Shown: piece by piece, positions 23,701-36,520 of the stretch
How the letters are laid out: every line of letters starts with the position of its first letter
Numbering within the stretch: the stretch's first letter is position 1
NCBI GenBank assembly: GCA_965153285.1
Contig: OZ229116.1
Strand: one strand, 5' to 3'
Length of the DNA stretch: 64,000 nucleotides
Source: Podarcis tiliguerta
Lineage: Eukaryota
Notes under the pieces: generated by a model
The model's database searches: none
What the model saw: the letters and a program-made list of their open reading frames with translations, nothing else
What the model was told of the DNA's origin: nothing
Program-made: the position numbers and the translations under genes

Positions 23701-26700
23701 ACAAAAGCTATTTATTTGTTGGTTAATAACTGGGGAAAAAATCTATATATGTTTCCTGAAAGGTGCTACCTGTTAAGAGATCATTGGTGTTCTCTGCTAA
23801 GTGTTAGCCATCAGGTTTGAGAGAAATGAGCCAACTCTAGGCTGATGTGTATGTGAAGAAACCATATATTTGGGAGCCAAAGTAATGTATATGGGACTCT
23901 AACTACTGTCATTTCTGAAAAATTAGCCCTGCTAACAATGAGAGTTAAGGGTTCAACAATATCTGGAGGGCATAGGTGCCTAATCTATTATATAAGTATT
24001 TAGTTGGCACCTAAAAGGTTGGAAAAAGCCATTTCTTCTCTAGGAGCTATCTGAATGGGCACCAGTAGCCACTGATTTCCTGAGCTCCTCCATAGTTCCA
24101 CTTGCTTACTTTACAGCTGAATAGGCCACATCCTATAAGTAAAGAGGCAGAAACTTTGCCTGTTAATCTCAGAGGACACTTTGGTAATCTAGGCCAGGGG
24201 TAGCCAGGTGGTAGCCTGCAGACATTATCTGGTTTATGGTCCAAATTTTACTGCCCATAGAATGTTGCAGAAATCTAGACAAATGTCCCATTTATCGAGT
24301 GGAATTTCTTTTCCTCCCAGTCCAGCTGATACAGGAGCATAGACTAAGTTGGGGGTTGAGAACTTCATGTTACATGCCAAAATTTCATGTAAAAAGCCAA
24401 AATTATTGTGACTGTGGAGGAAAAAAACCTAGTCCCTGGAAAGTAGGCTCATGGGGAAATTGCTTCTTTTCCACCCAAAGCTAACAGAGGCTAACATTTC
24501 CATGGCAAAGAAGATTACACAGACAGAAACAGATTAAGCTTGGATTTCCTTTTGTGCAGCATCAAGGTCACGCGTCTGCGTCATCTCATGGAGTAGAGCA
24601 CATTTGTATTCTTGAAATGTACAGTTTCACTCTGCTGGTTTCCAGATTGTATGGCAGGGAAAATAAACCCACTGCTGCCCACAGACAGTTTTGAAATGTC
24701 TCCACGCTGAATTGCATAGCTTGCCATCACAATACTTAGAGAGACTAGCCTGACAGCACATTACAACACCTTCTGCAGCGTATGAGCTGTATCCCTGCTG
24801 TCCTTCTCATGTGTTGACTTAAACTGGAAATGTAAAACTGGAAGAGAAAGACTCACTAAATGAAATAATACATTAGCTCCATATCTGTGCCCTATAGGTT
24901 AAAAAAAACCAACAAATTGCGAGCATTGGGGGCCTGATCCAGACTGCAACCCTAGCAAAGCAGGCTTTAACTCTTTGCCTCTGCTGTGTTCCTAATTCAT
25001 ATTGGTTGCCCAGCACTGGCAATTTGTATAGGGGAAATGCCCATTCACTTCCTCTTCCTCCTTCTCTCTTTTCCTCTTCCTATTAAATAAAGCCTAGTTA
25101 TTGTTCTCTGTTCTGTTATAAGAAGTTGCATCTGTGGGATAACCAGCCTCATATAGCCAACATGCATTAATCAAGCCTTTGTTTCCACCCATGGCTCTAA
25201 CAAGCCTCTCTAGAGTTCCTATACCAATATTTTAGGAACTTTCACCACTGTAACTAAGCCAAAGTTTTGCTGCTTGTGCGACTTTTTCTGAATGCACATG
25301 AATTTGACCTTTGGAGAGTTTGTAAGTAATACATTTTTAACTTGCCAAATGTGTTGTCTTGTTCTATGCTAGGCAAAGTGGGGAACTTTGGAAGGAACTT
25401 AGAAGGGTGTATTTTAAAGCTCTAATAGCCTATATTTCCACACTTAACTTTGCTGCATATTTTGTGATTTTAAATCTCTGCTCAGGTTCTTTAATCAAAG
25501 AGTACTTGCCCCAAACTTGGATCTTGGCACCCAGGAATTCTACTTTTATACCTCCCGTACCAACAGCCTCCTAGTGTGCACTATTTCAGGGGTCTGACAT
25601 TCTATCCCCCTCACCTACCATGGTACTGTTTGAACCCAACCCCAAGTTCTTTACACAACAGTGGGTTTCTGGGAAGCGTAGTCCTGTTACATAAATTATT
25701 GGTATTACTGTAGATGCACTTTCAGCCAAATAGATAGGAAGCTATTGCAGTATTTCTAATCGTACTAGTCCCCAAAGGGAAAACAAAGCAATCAGTCAGC
25801 ATGACTACAAAGCCAATAGTTTGAGAATGTGCCTAGCTCTGTGGCCTGCAATCTCCACCAAAGTATTTTTGGAGATGAGAAGGATGCCCTGTAGAAAGTT
25901 AGCTAAATATTTTATAGCGACTCAGCAAGCAGAACAAATACGGTAGGCTGTGAGTGCTTTCTATGGTTCCCCAGAGAACCTTACTGGAATGCAAAACTCA
26001 CACAGAAATAACGTTACAGGAGACAGAGGCTTAGTTCTCAGAGATGAGGATGGCAAACCTGTTTCTCAGATTTACCAGTTCAGAATGTGGAGAATGTGTG
26101 AGAAACACACCATCAGGACAGAAAGCTTTTCTGCACTCAAAAACCTCTTCTCGCAGAAAACTGGATTTCAGTGCTCCTACCTAGCCTTTCTCTGCAGCCT
26201 GGATTAGATACAGATTTAGCATATGGGTGAAAAGTAGATCAAGATGTCAATTCGCCCTCAAACTCAAGTCTTTTGGCAGAGGTCTATTTCAACTGTGCCA
26301 AAAAGTGACCTCCACTTCCTTCAGTGTTTTCTTCCTTTAGAAAAGAAGCTTTGTCTGCCCCTTCCCAAGGCACTCTAGAATCTCCACTGATGTGGAGTTT
26401 GAAGCTTAACTTTTTATTGCAAGGTATCCAAGGTTTGTTAGGGTGCTGTGTGTGGTTTTCTTTGCAGTAAACGTTTCTGCAGCACTCTGCAGCTTCTTGG
26501 CACATGGTCAGAGTTACTTTATGATGTCTTACCCTGAGTTTTGATTGAAGTGTGGGCACCTGGGAATAGTGCAGAGTGCCGACCTCTGTTGACATGGGGC
26601 TCATCCAGATTCCTTTTGTGCCTCATTTCTAGGCACAGGCCCACACTTCAAAGCCTCAGGTCGGAGCAAGTTTGTTTTTGTTCCCTGAAGCTTTCCCTGT

Positions 26701-26894
26701 GAAAACCCGCTCTTTACTGCTGAATTGGAGTAAATGACCATCTGCAGAAAACTGGATTGCACAGTGAAAGAAAGGATACTCACAAACTCCCCTGGCCACC
26801 TTGAAGTTATGATAATGATAATAATAATAATGATTTGATTTATATACAACTTATGTGCAAAGAAAGGTAGGGTAAGCACAATAAAACTCTGCCC

Positions 26895-27237
26895 ACAACA
26901 ACAACAACAACAACAACAAATTATTTATACCCTGCCCATCTGGCTGGGTTTCCCAAGCCACGCTGGGCGGCTTCCAACAAAGTATTAAAATACAGTGGTC
27001 TGTTAAACATTAAAAGCTTCCCTAAACAGGGCTGCCTTCAGATGTCTTATAAAAATCTGGTAGTTGTTTTCCTCTTTTGACACCTGGTGGGAGGGCATTC
27101 CACAGGTCGGGCGCCACTACCGAGAAGGCACTGTGCCTGATTCCCTGTAACTTGGCTTCTCACAGTGAGGGAACCGCCAGAAGGCCCTCGGCGCTGGACC
27201 TCAGTGTCCGGGCAGAACGCTGGGGGTGGAGACGCTC
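26895..27237 (-). mobile_element. L2 LINE 3' end
   Basis: Typical squamate L2 3' sequence (GGGAGGGCATTCCACAGG..GCCACTACCGAGAAGGC) next to a (CAA)n tail. Confidence 0.75.
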
Positions 27238-30200
27238 TAAATTAGAGAATTTCACTAATTTTTGTCTCAATTTTGATGTTTTCAAATGCACCCCCCCTTT
27301 AACTGACAGAAAATGTTGGGGGGAAATGCAGGAGACATTTTCAGCATAGCACAAATAAAAACACAGATGCTCAAGATCTTTAGCCTTTTGGAGCAAAAAT
27401 TCCTCTTAGGATATGTCAGTTACTCATTTATTTGAGTAGGTAAGCAGACAAAGTCAGTTGTAATATTGTAAGGACATAAGCCATTCAGATGATATCTTAA
27501 GACTGGTTTCCTGAGATGACAGACCACATTGGGTTGGTCAACATCAGTCTAACAAGATATATTTACATGAGGTGAGATGGTGAGAGATGGAGAGGTGAAG
27601 TTAAATTTGTACCCGTAGGAAGGAGAAACAACCACCAGCTGGTGGGAAGCATGGCTTTCACTAACTAAATGAGTAAGCAGACAAGCAACATTTTAAGAGC
27701 ATAAGGGGTGCTGTAAGAGGTGATAAATTGCAATGCATGGGAGGCTAGAAAGATCAGAGGCCTAAGCATTGGTTGGTGATTTCAAAGTTGTTGAGCCTTT
27801 TTTTGGCAAAATCTCACAAATCTCTATTTTTCACGAAAAACTTCTGATATGGGCTGCCATTTTGAGTATCAAAATAGGAAATCTTATCTTTGTTTCCCCC
27901 AGTGATGGAGGAGAAATTATGTTCAGTTGAATTTTTATGTGAGTTGATGTAAATTGCACTTCACTGAAACAGTGCACAAACTGAAACACATCAATCTTTT
28001 GAATTTTGCATTTATCCAGCCAAATAATGTGTGCAATAATATATATCATGGGAGAGTATGCATAGGGGTGGCCTGTTGTGGTTACAGAGTAATCCTAACC
28101 ATGCCTACTCAAAGGTAAATCCTATTGAATTTGATAGGGTTTACTCCCAGTTTAGGATTAGGATGGTAGCCTTAAGAGTTAGTGAGATCATACAAAAAGA
28201 TAACTCATCCTAATTTTAGATTCAATTTATTCTAATTTTCTAGCAATCAACAGCAAGGAAAACTGAAAACTAGAAGTACTCAGCTATATCGTTACTTCAT
28301 CTAAAAAAGCCACACTCCTGAGAAGAAACAGTCATTACTAGAGCATACCAAGTGTTCTTTCTTGATGGTAAAAAGAATTAAGCACATGCTATTTGTGTTC
28401 TGTCAGATATTGACATGAACTGTTTTTATAAATTTGCAAGAAAATATCACACACAGCCAGATGAATCCATGCTGGTGAAAAGCAAGTTTTCATTGCTTGT
28501 TAGCAGATTTCAAACAATAAGATTTATTTTTTAAAGGAATAGTAACCACTAGGGGGCATGTGTGTGCTGCTTTGTTAGACTTGCCTAAACGAGGACTATA
28601 GATGAGAAATAAGCAAATTTTCTGCATCTTCCTTACTGACATAATGCGAGCAAAAATGGCTTCCCAAAATTCTACACCCTTTTGCAGACAGCAAAATTTG
28701 AGGTGGGGAGAGGATTTTGTTGAATGGCCTCCAGCAGAATTTTTCCAACAGTGGTCTTCTGAGAAAGTTTTGCCTAATTTAATACTGAATCAATAAAACT
28801 TTGTTGTTAGAATACAGGTCAATATCATTTCCTTTAACATTATTGCAATATTATCAAAGAAAATGAAAAGTGGGCATGCAACTGCAGCTGAAATTCTCCA
28901 CCTCATTGGAGAGAGGACATTTCACTGTCTATTCTTCATTCGTGGTGTGTACACTAAATTTCTCCAACACTTTGGTGAGAGAAGGGAGAAAGTTCATGGT
29001 ATATTTTTTTCTGGGGATTTTTGGCCCAACCCTAGTTTCTGTGTTCAGGTGTCACAGTGCCTGATTATCTAGGGATGGAGAAACAATTTTATTTTCTCAT
29101 TTTTTCTCTATCTTATATTTAGTTTGCCACATTTGCACATCACTCTGCAAACCTTTTAAAGAAAGAAAATATGCATATTTGTACCCCAAAGGTTTTTGTC
29201 TTATTTTTTGTTTGCCTACTCTGGTTCTGTGGCTGATTTTTTTTTTACTGCCCTCTGTAGCAGCAGAATCATAGAAAACAGATGATTTGCACTATCATCC
29301 ATGTGGCAGCTTATCAAATATTTGAAGGTGGCTGTTACATCATGTGTTAATTTTACTTTCTCTAGGATAAACATATCCAACCCTTCCAACTTTTCTTCAC
29401 CTATATTACCAGTTGGGATTAGTGAAATATAGTGTCCTACTCGGGGCATGCTGATCTATTGATACAGTATGCTTGGATTGTTGAAAACCTTTGGTATTGC
29501 ACTAAAAGAAAGTGAAAGTAATATGCCTGGGATTCTCTCGCTGAGATTACTGCATTGCAAGGGGTTGGATTGGATGACCCTCAAGGTCCCTTAACAATTC
29601 TGTGATTCTATTATTAATCATGAAAGTAAAAGGCGCTATAGCACTGCAATGAAGGATGGGATACAAATTGTTTTGAGTCAATCAAGCGAAATGTGAAGTT
29701 TCGTTAATGGAGGGTATATTTTCATTATTCGTACAGCTTTATGTATTATGGAAGGAGCCTTTCAGAAAGACAAGTCCTTCCTCGTAGTGATCACAGTATA
29801 CCTTTAAATACTGAAGCTCATGGAGAGCTCTAGATTGGAACAAGTTAAGCGGCTCTCTCCTTTCTTGGTGATTTACAGCTGTTTTGGATTCCCAAAGACC
29901 ACCAGCCCTAGTCAGCTTGACCAATGGCCATGGATGATGTGAATTGTAGCCTCAAACACCTGGAGGGTATCAGGTGGGGAAAAGCTGAGATATAGCCTGA
30001 ATAGATTGGAACTGCACTGCATGTGAGCAATTAACAGGCACATTTCAAAAAATTGAGATTGCTGCCCTAGGAGTAGGACAAGCAGGAGGAAGCACAAGAG
30101 AAGGTTAACCATTTTACCTCCCCCACTACGGCCCCAGCCCCCCCCACCTTATTAGCCAATGCAGAGAAACTCCTGTTCGCTCGCCCCCTTCCCTGCAGTG

Positions 30201-33200
30201 GGTAGTTTCTTTTCTTTTAAGGGCTTACATGCAATTAATGCCATATGCTGTGTGGCCCATAGCTGCGGTTGGACAGAACGACAAATGAGGTGTGTAAAGA
30301 GCAACCAGTGTGTATACTGCAGTGTTTATTCTATAAAGAAAAGCTTTGTTCAGGAAGGAAGGGCCTTCTCAAAACCAACATGTTAATAATAAGGCAATGC
30401 TCATTAAGCTCAGAAGGCCTCTGAGGACTCGGTAACCACCCTGGAGAAGCTTCTGTGGATTGTGGTAGACAGCGCCTTCTGTTGTCGACATGGGGCTTCA
30501 TGATGAAACGAGGAAATGGGCCTTGACACGAATAAACAGTCTCCAGGGGAGCTGCCTCTGCACATTGCCTTTCAAAGCCAACCCATAACAGCACGTTCTC
30601 TGGAGCACCTCTGCTAATGCCGAGCCACAAACGTCTCCTTTATTCTTATTTTCACCATCCTCCATCAATGAATGAGAAAAGAAACCACATTAGAAAATTA
30701 TCAAAGGGTAAAAGTTATGTACTGCTGACATCTTTGTTGTCCTAAGAGGTATTAATAGTAATCTGTCTCCCAGTTGTTGGAGGGCAGGGCATGCAGCAAA
30801 TGGGGTTCTTGAATGAATACGTGGTGGCCCTGTCCCTATGGTGCTGAATTTGGCTTTTTTCTTTTTATCTTACCGGGAATTGCTGCCCAGCAGGATCCTA
30901 AATCACCCTTGCTAGCTCTTTTCGCTGCCTTCCAGGGTTCCAAGATTTGATGACTCAGCTCTTAGTAGCCACACACAACTATACCTGGAGTAAGTCATGT
31001 GACTACCCTCCAGAAATCTGGTACAACCACATTTGGAATATAGCTCTATCAGGGGGGAAAAAATTACTGACAGCATCAGGCTGGCACAAAGCCTGTCTGA
31101 ACCGGATCAGTGGAAGGCCTGTGGCTACGGAGACACCAAGACACTCTTTGCACCAACAGCTGGTCTCATCTTTGTCCTGTAGCACTGACTTCTATGCCAA
31201 GATTTTTTTGTATTGCCCCTCCTTTTCTGAATGCTGATATGTGTACATAGTGAGCAACCTGACATTCTGTTTTTTTATTGTTACTCACATGCTTATTTGA
31301 ATGTGGCTGCTGTGTACTATATATTGAAAACAGTAAGTTTTATTTAAAAAAAAACACAGGGCGGGGGGGGTGGGGCGGATCTGACACTCTCAAGGCGGAA
31401 TGTGCTTCAATGTGCTTACAAAACTTCTGAGGTGCCCAGGGAAGTTTGTGTCATTTCTTCCATTGTAACAAATAATCTCAACAGTGGTCTGCACCCAGCA
31501 GCCTTTCCCAGGTGCCTGTGCTTCAGTCAAAACCCAGAGTAAGACATCATGAAGTAACTTCTCCCAGTGGATTTTTTTCTAGATTAAGCAGCACAAGCAG
31601 CCAGGAAGGCTACAGAGGGTTGGATAAATCTCTAGTGGAAAGAAAACCACATGCACACCACCCTTGCATATTTTGGGCATTGTTTTTGTTTGTTTGTTTG
31701 TTTCTGAATGCAATAGCCTGAGGGCTCTCTGGTTACAGTAGCTGAATATAAACATCTTAAATAAATATAATTTGCTCCCATGAAATGGTGTGTATTATAC
31801 TTACTTTACAACCTTCCTGAGAAGTGACACATTTATTTCTATTGTATAAGTAAATCCCAATGGCAATAGCTGGAGCTACCTATGAGTATAGGTCCATCAG
31901 ATTATATGGTAAATCTACCTTATTCCAGCTATGGGGCTTAGTGTATTTCTGCGGAGGCCAAGCTGAATCTCCTCTGAACAAGGACTATTCATAACACTAA
32001 ATGGCCTGTCTAGAAAGTCTGTTTTTTGTGTGCAACTGTTGTTCTGTTTTCCTGGAACAGTATTTGCAAGCGAGACAGTTGGATCAATTAGCGTCTATGA
32101 AATAGAAAAGGAAAATATATTGCAACATTTTCTATTTCTCCATCTGTTTTTGTTTCCACTTGCCTATTCATTAAACTTCACAGCTGAAAACTAACAAGCA
32201 ATGGGAGTGGGTAGAAATAGTATCAAGTTTGCAAGAACTTGGGGTCCAAGCAATGGTTCAGTTCCATGATGACCACATTCTACCTCCACCGTCAGACATA
32301 GTATGCCTCTGAAAAACAGTAGCTGGGAATTGTAGGTGCGCAGAATGCTTCAGCTTGCAGGCTTCTAATGGGCATCTAGTTGGCCAATATGAGAACAGGA
32401 TTCTGGAATAGATGGGCTATTGGCCTGATCCAGCAGGCTCTTCTTATGTTCTCCAGTGAGAGTTCATCCATACAATATGCTAAAATTGTGTAAGGCTACT
32501 TTGTGTGTCTCCACTCAAATGCACTCAAAATGTGCATCTATTGAACAAATCCATTTATATCAGGCTCTACTTGCTCACTTTTGCCCACCTTTTTTTTTTT
32601 TTTTTGCTTTAAAAACAATTGTGGAAATGCTTCTGGAGCAAATCAAATGAGGCTGGCAGAGCAATCAACTCAACACAACTGATAAACCAGGGATGGCACA
32701 CCTGTGGCCCTCTGGCGGTTGTTGGACTACAACTGGTATTATCCCTATTGGTCGTGCTGGCTAGGGCTGATGGAAGTCGCAGTCCAACAACATGCTGTAG
32801 AACTTCCTGCTGCTCAAAATGTTGCCCGTAGGAGCTGCTCTCTCTCTCTCTCTCTGTCTTCTGATTGCAGAGTTTTGAAGACTGCAGAGAGAACTAGAAA
32901 GAGAGAGACTTAACAGATGACAGAGAGGAAGGAACTCAGAATGGTGTGTGATGCCTGAGACCTATACTTGCATCCCAGGTCTGTATAGCCGGACTAGTCT
33001 GAGAGACATTAACCTTTCACCCATGTGTAACTCATGTTATTGGGACTCCATACTCCTTTAATCTGTTGCTCAAAGATACTCAAAACTGTATACCTACCCT
33101 ACTTGTTTCCCTTCCTGTCAAACCAATCCTACCTCTTGGCTTTTCTTAAGTTGCCCACTGCTTCTTCTCCCCTGCCGCCTTTTGAGAAACATGAGGTCTA

Positions 33201-33579
33201 CTGGGCAGAAGCCTCTCAGCCTGAATGTGTTGTTTCTTTCTTCCGTATCTCCCATGCCACTATTGTCCTCAGCTCCCACACCTTAGAATCTGTGATTTGC
33301 TTATAAATTTAATATACACACATACGCTATAGACTCAAGTTCTCTTTAATAGTTGGCATAAATTAATCTGTCTTGAGTGATCCCAACAATGCACATTTCC
33401 TTAAAAAATATAATAAGTGCCCAGTCAAGCATTCCTGGCAAAAAATCTCAGCAACCAGCAGGCACTGAAATATTTTTCAAAAAAATTGGCCAGCGGACTA
33501 AGATCTCTCTTCCACCTACTTTACTCATGCACCATGTCAAATATGCATCATGGAAGCTTTCCTAGAAACCAAACTTGTG

Positions 33580-35291
33580 TATCAGACTTGTCACTTTTAT
33601 TGATCTCTGTCTAATATAATTAGTGTTCTTATTTTAAAATGTATGCATATGTGACGGGGTAAAGATGAAATGAAACATAAGAGAAGCAGGTCACCAGAAT
33701 GGAAACCACATTTCTAATTAGGTTGTGCATGTTTAAAGTCAAACCTCAACCATAAGTGGACTGTTCTTCAATTAAAATAGGAGTCTGATAGCTAGTTAAG
33801 CATCAAGAAAAGGACCTTCTAAATAAACTAGAGGTGTAGCAGGAGCAAATTGTGCTAACGAGCCATAAACATACTGCTGGGTTTGTTATTTATTCAACAC
33901 TAATTACTGAACTCAATACTGATTAGAGAGTTTACACATCTCACACACAAAAAAACCTCTAAGTGACAACTAACCACAATATGTATATATTGTAGAAACA
34001 GCCGTGGCCACAACAGTAAAGGTTGTTTCATTAACCAACGTTCAAATTTACTAGAAAGCAAAATTACACTAGTCCTTTAGTAAAGTTTATAAACATTTTT
34101 AAAAAGTGCATAACATCTGAAACAAGAAGAAAACAGGACATCACTTAAAAATAAAAATAAAGAAAACAAATTGGGATGGGGAGGGAGACTTGTGATTGCT
34201 GCTCCACTTGATTGCCACAGGAATATTCATGTTTAACTCCAATCTCAGCTGCTTAGAGACAAAGTAACCCCAGTTCTAAACACTACAATAAATTTATGCT
34301 TCATTTCAGGACACAAGTATTCAGCAACTTTCTGGGGCTTCTGTTTCATCAGCTCCCAACATATTATTTCTCCTTTAAAAAAAAAGTTGTACTGATAAGT
34401 TTGCTCTTAAAACCTCAGCATGAACATCATGTTTGTTTTTTGGCTTTTTAGTGGAAAAGGCCAGTTCCCTAAGGGATGAGATTAAATAAAAGATTCTGCC
34501 TGAATCTTGGATTTCCAACCATCTACAAGCAAAGTGACCGAACTGTACTGAGAAAACAACAAGACACACCAGACTATACGTTAATTACATTGTATGTTCT
34601 TATAAATGAAAGAATGCAGTTTCATCAGATTAGCAGCTGATTTGATAATCTCATCATGTGCACACCCACCACACTATGCGAAAATAAAACCCTAGCCCTT
34701 TTAAAACAAGTGGTAGAAAAAAATCACAGTCACAGAAGTTGCCTTCATAAGCATTTTGAGAAGGGGCAGTGTGGCGCATCTAAACTGTACAATATAAAAC
34801 ATTGTAAGTAATAGAGCTGAAAACACAGAAGCAGAGTTCTTAAAAAAACAAACCAACGGTGCTTCCTTGACAGGTGATTTTAATAGGTGAACACCCTCTG
34901 AAGGTCAGACAACCTCTGAAGATCACTGGAGCCATTGTCATACAATGCAATTCAAGCCTCTGGTGAGTTGAGGGCTGCTTGCTACACAATGTAGTTTGCT
35001 CTACTTCCTATGAGCATTTCATCAAGTGGTCATTTGTGGTGAGATCCATGTTGAGAGAGTCTCGAGATGAGCAACGAAGTCTCAACCATTGCTAACAGAG
35101 GTAGAGAAAGTTCTGTCTGCTGCTACAGCCTCCTTTGCCCCTTTTAGCATTGGACCGTTCAGCTCCCAGGAACGAGGCGCATCCATTTTCATTTTTTGTT
35201 CAATCAGCTTGCTCACAAAATACCTTTTTCCCAATAGGCTTTTGCGATTCGAAAACATCCCACAGTTGCGGCTGTCGGTCAAAGTAGGACG
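33580..35291 (-). other. PKIA: PKIA 3' UTR (minimum extent)
   Basis: AT-rich and apparently repeat-free after the stop codon; minus-strand AATAAA at 33889-33894 and 33596-33601, the latter followed by a GT-rich tract. Confidence 0.6.
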
Positions 35292-35371
35292 TCAACTTTC
35301 TTGCTTTGCTGTTTCCCCCTGGGCTTCCCCAGTTTGCTCAGTGGGATTTCTCTGTGCATCTCCTTCCCCTT
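35292..35371 (-). CDS. PKIA: PKIA last coding exon (EGEGDAQRNPTEQTGEAQGETAKQES*)
   Basis: ttttccttacag acceptor, 80 nt ending in TGA; 151+80 = 231 nt = 76 aa plus stop, the canonical PKI-alpha length. Confidence 0.96.
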
Positions 35372-35419
35372 CTGTAAGGAAAAAAAAAGTTAAGCAGTGG
35401 TGAAATAACATCAAGACCA

Positions 35420-35666
35420 CATAATCATAGAGTTGGACAGAATCCTCCAAGGGTGATCTAGTCCAACCCCTTGCAATGTAGGAATCTCAGCTAAAGCATC
35501 CATGACAGATGGCCACCCAACCTCTGCTTAAAAACCTCCGAGGAAGGGGAGTCCGTAACCTCCTGAGGGAGTCAACAGCTCTTGCTGTCAAAGTTCTTCC
35601 TGATGTTCAGCTGGAATCTCCTTTCTTGAAACTTGAAGTCATTGGTACGGGTCCTACCCTCCAGAC
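35420..35666 (-). mobile_element. CR1 LINE 3' end fragment
   Basis: Similar to 14490-14740 (CATAGAGTTGG..TCCAACCCC..CCTCTGCTTAAA). Confidence 0.8.
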
Positions 35667-35919
35667 CAGGGGCTAGCAAACTTTTTCAGCAGGGGGCCGG
35701 TCCATTGTCCCTCAGACCTTGTGGGGGGCCATATTTTTTTTGGGGGGGGGGGGGAATGAACAAATTCCTATGGCCCATAAATAACCGAGAGATGCATTTT
35801 AAATAAAAGGACACATTCTACTCATGTAAAAACACGCTGGTTCCTGAACCGTCCACAGGCCGGATTTAGAAGGCGATTGGGCCAGATCCGGCCCCCGGGC
35901 CTTAGTTTGCCTACCCATG
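35667..35919. mobile_element. hAT-type MITE
   Basis: Perfect 8-bp TSD CTCCAGAC (35659-35666, 35920-35927); imperfect TIRs CAGGGGCTAGCAAACT / AGTTTGCCTACCCATG. Confidence 0.88.
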
Positions 35920-36233
35920 CTCCAGACTAATCTAGTTTAAGCCTGCAAATTCCATGGCACTGAAAGACATCGATGGGTGTTTGGTTTGGCTTCTTTAATA
36001 GTCAATGAGTTTTAAAAATGTGCTTGGTAACTAGCTAATTTAGAGTACATAAAGAAGAACCGAAGTTCTGTGGGTATATAGAAATGCGTGATGTACATCA
36101 CACTTGGATGTACATTGCTTGAGACATAAGCATTATGTCGTGTTGTAACTGTGAAGGTCCATGCACTCACGCAACTGTGTGTGCCATCCAGGTTATTGTA
36201 TTTAGCTGCTAGAATTATTATTATTTAAAGGAC

Positions 36234-36520
36234 GAAGAAAAAGAAGAAGAAGAAGAAGAAGAAGAAGAAGAAGAAGAGGAGGAGGAGTTTGGATTTGATA
36301 TCCTGCTTTATCACTACCCTAAGGAGTCTCAAAGCGGCTAACATTCTCCTTTCCCTTCCTCCCCCACAACACACACTCTGTGAGGTGAGTGGGGCCGAGA
36401 GACTTCAAAGAAGTGTGACTAGCCCAAGGTCACCCAGCAGCTGCATGTGGAGGAGCGGAGACGTGAACCTAGTTCACCAGATTACGAGTCTACCACTCTT
36501 AACCACTACACCACACTGGC
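36234..36520 (-). mobile_element. Squam3-like SINE with (TTC)n tail
   Basis: Near-identical to 6604-6890. Confidence 0.85.

Noticed and set aside
26505-31562. ~55-bp inverted similarity between 26510-26570 and 31505-31562
   Set aside because: Short and diverged; best explained as two fragments of a dispersed repeat, not a local rearrangement.
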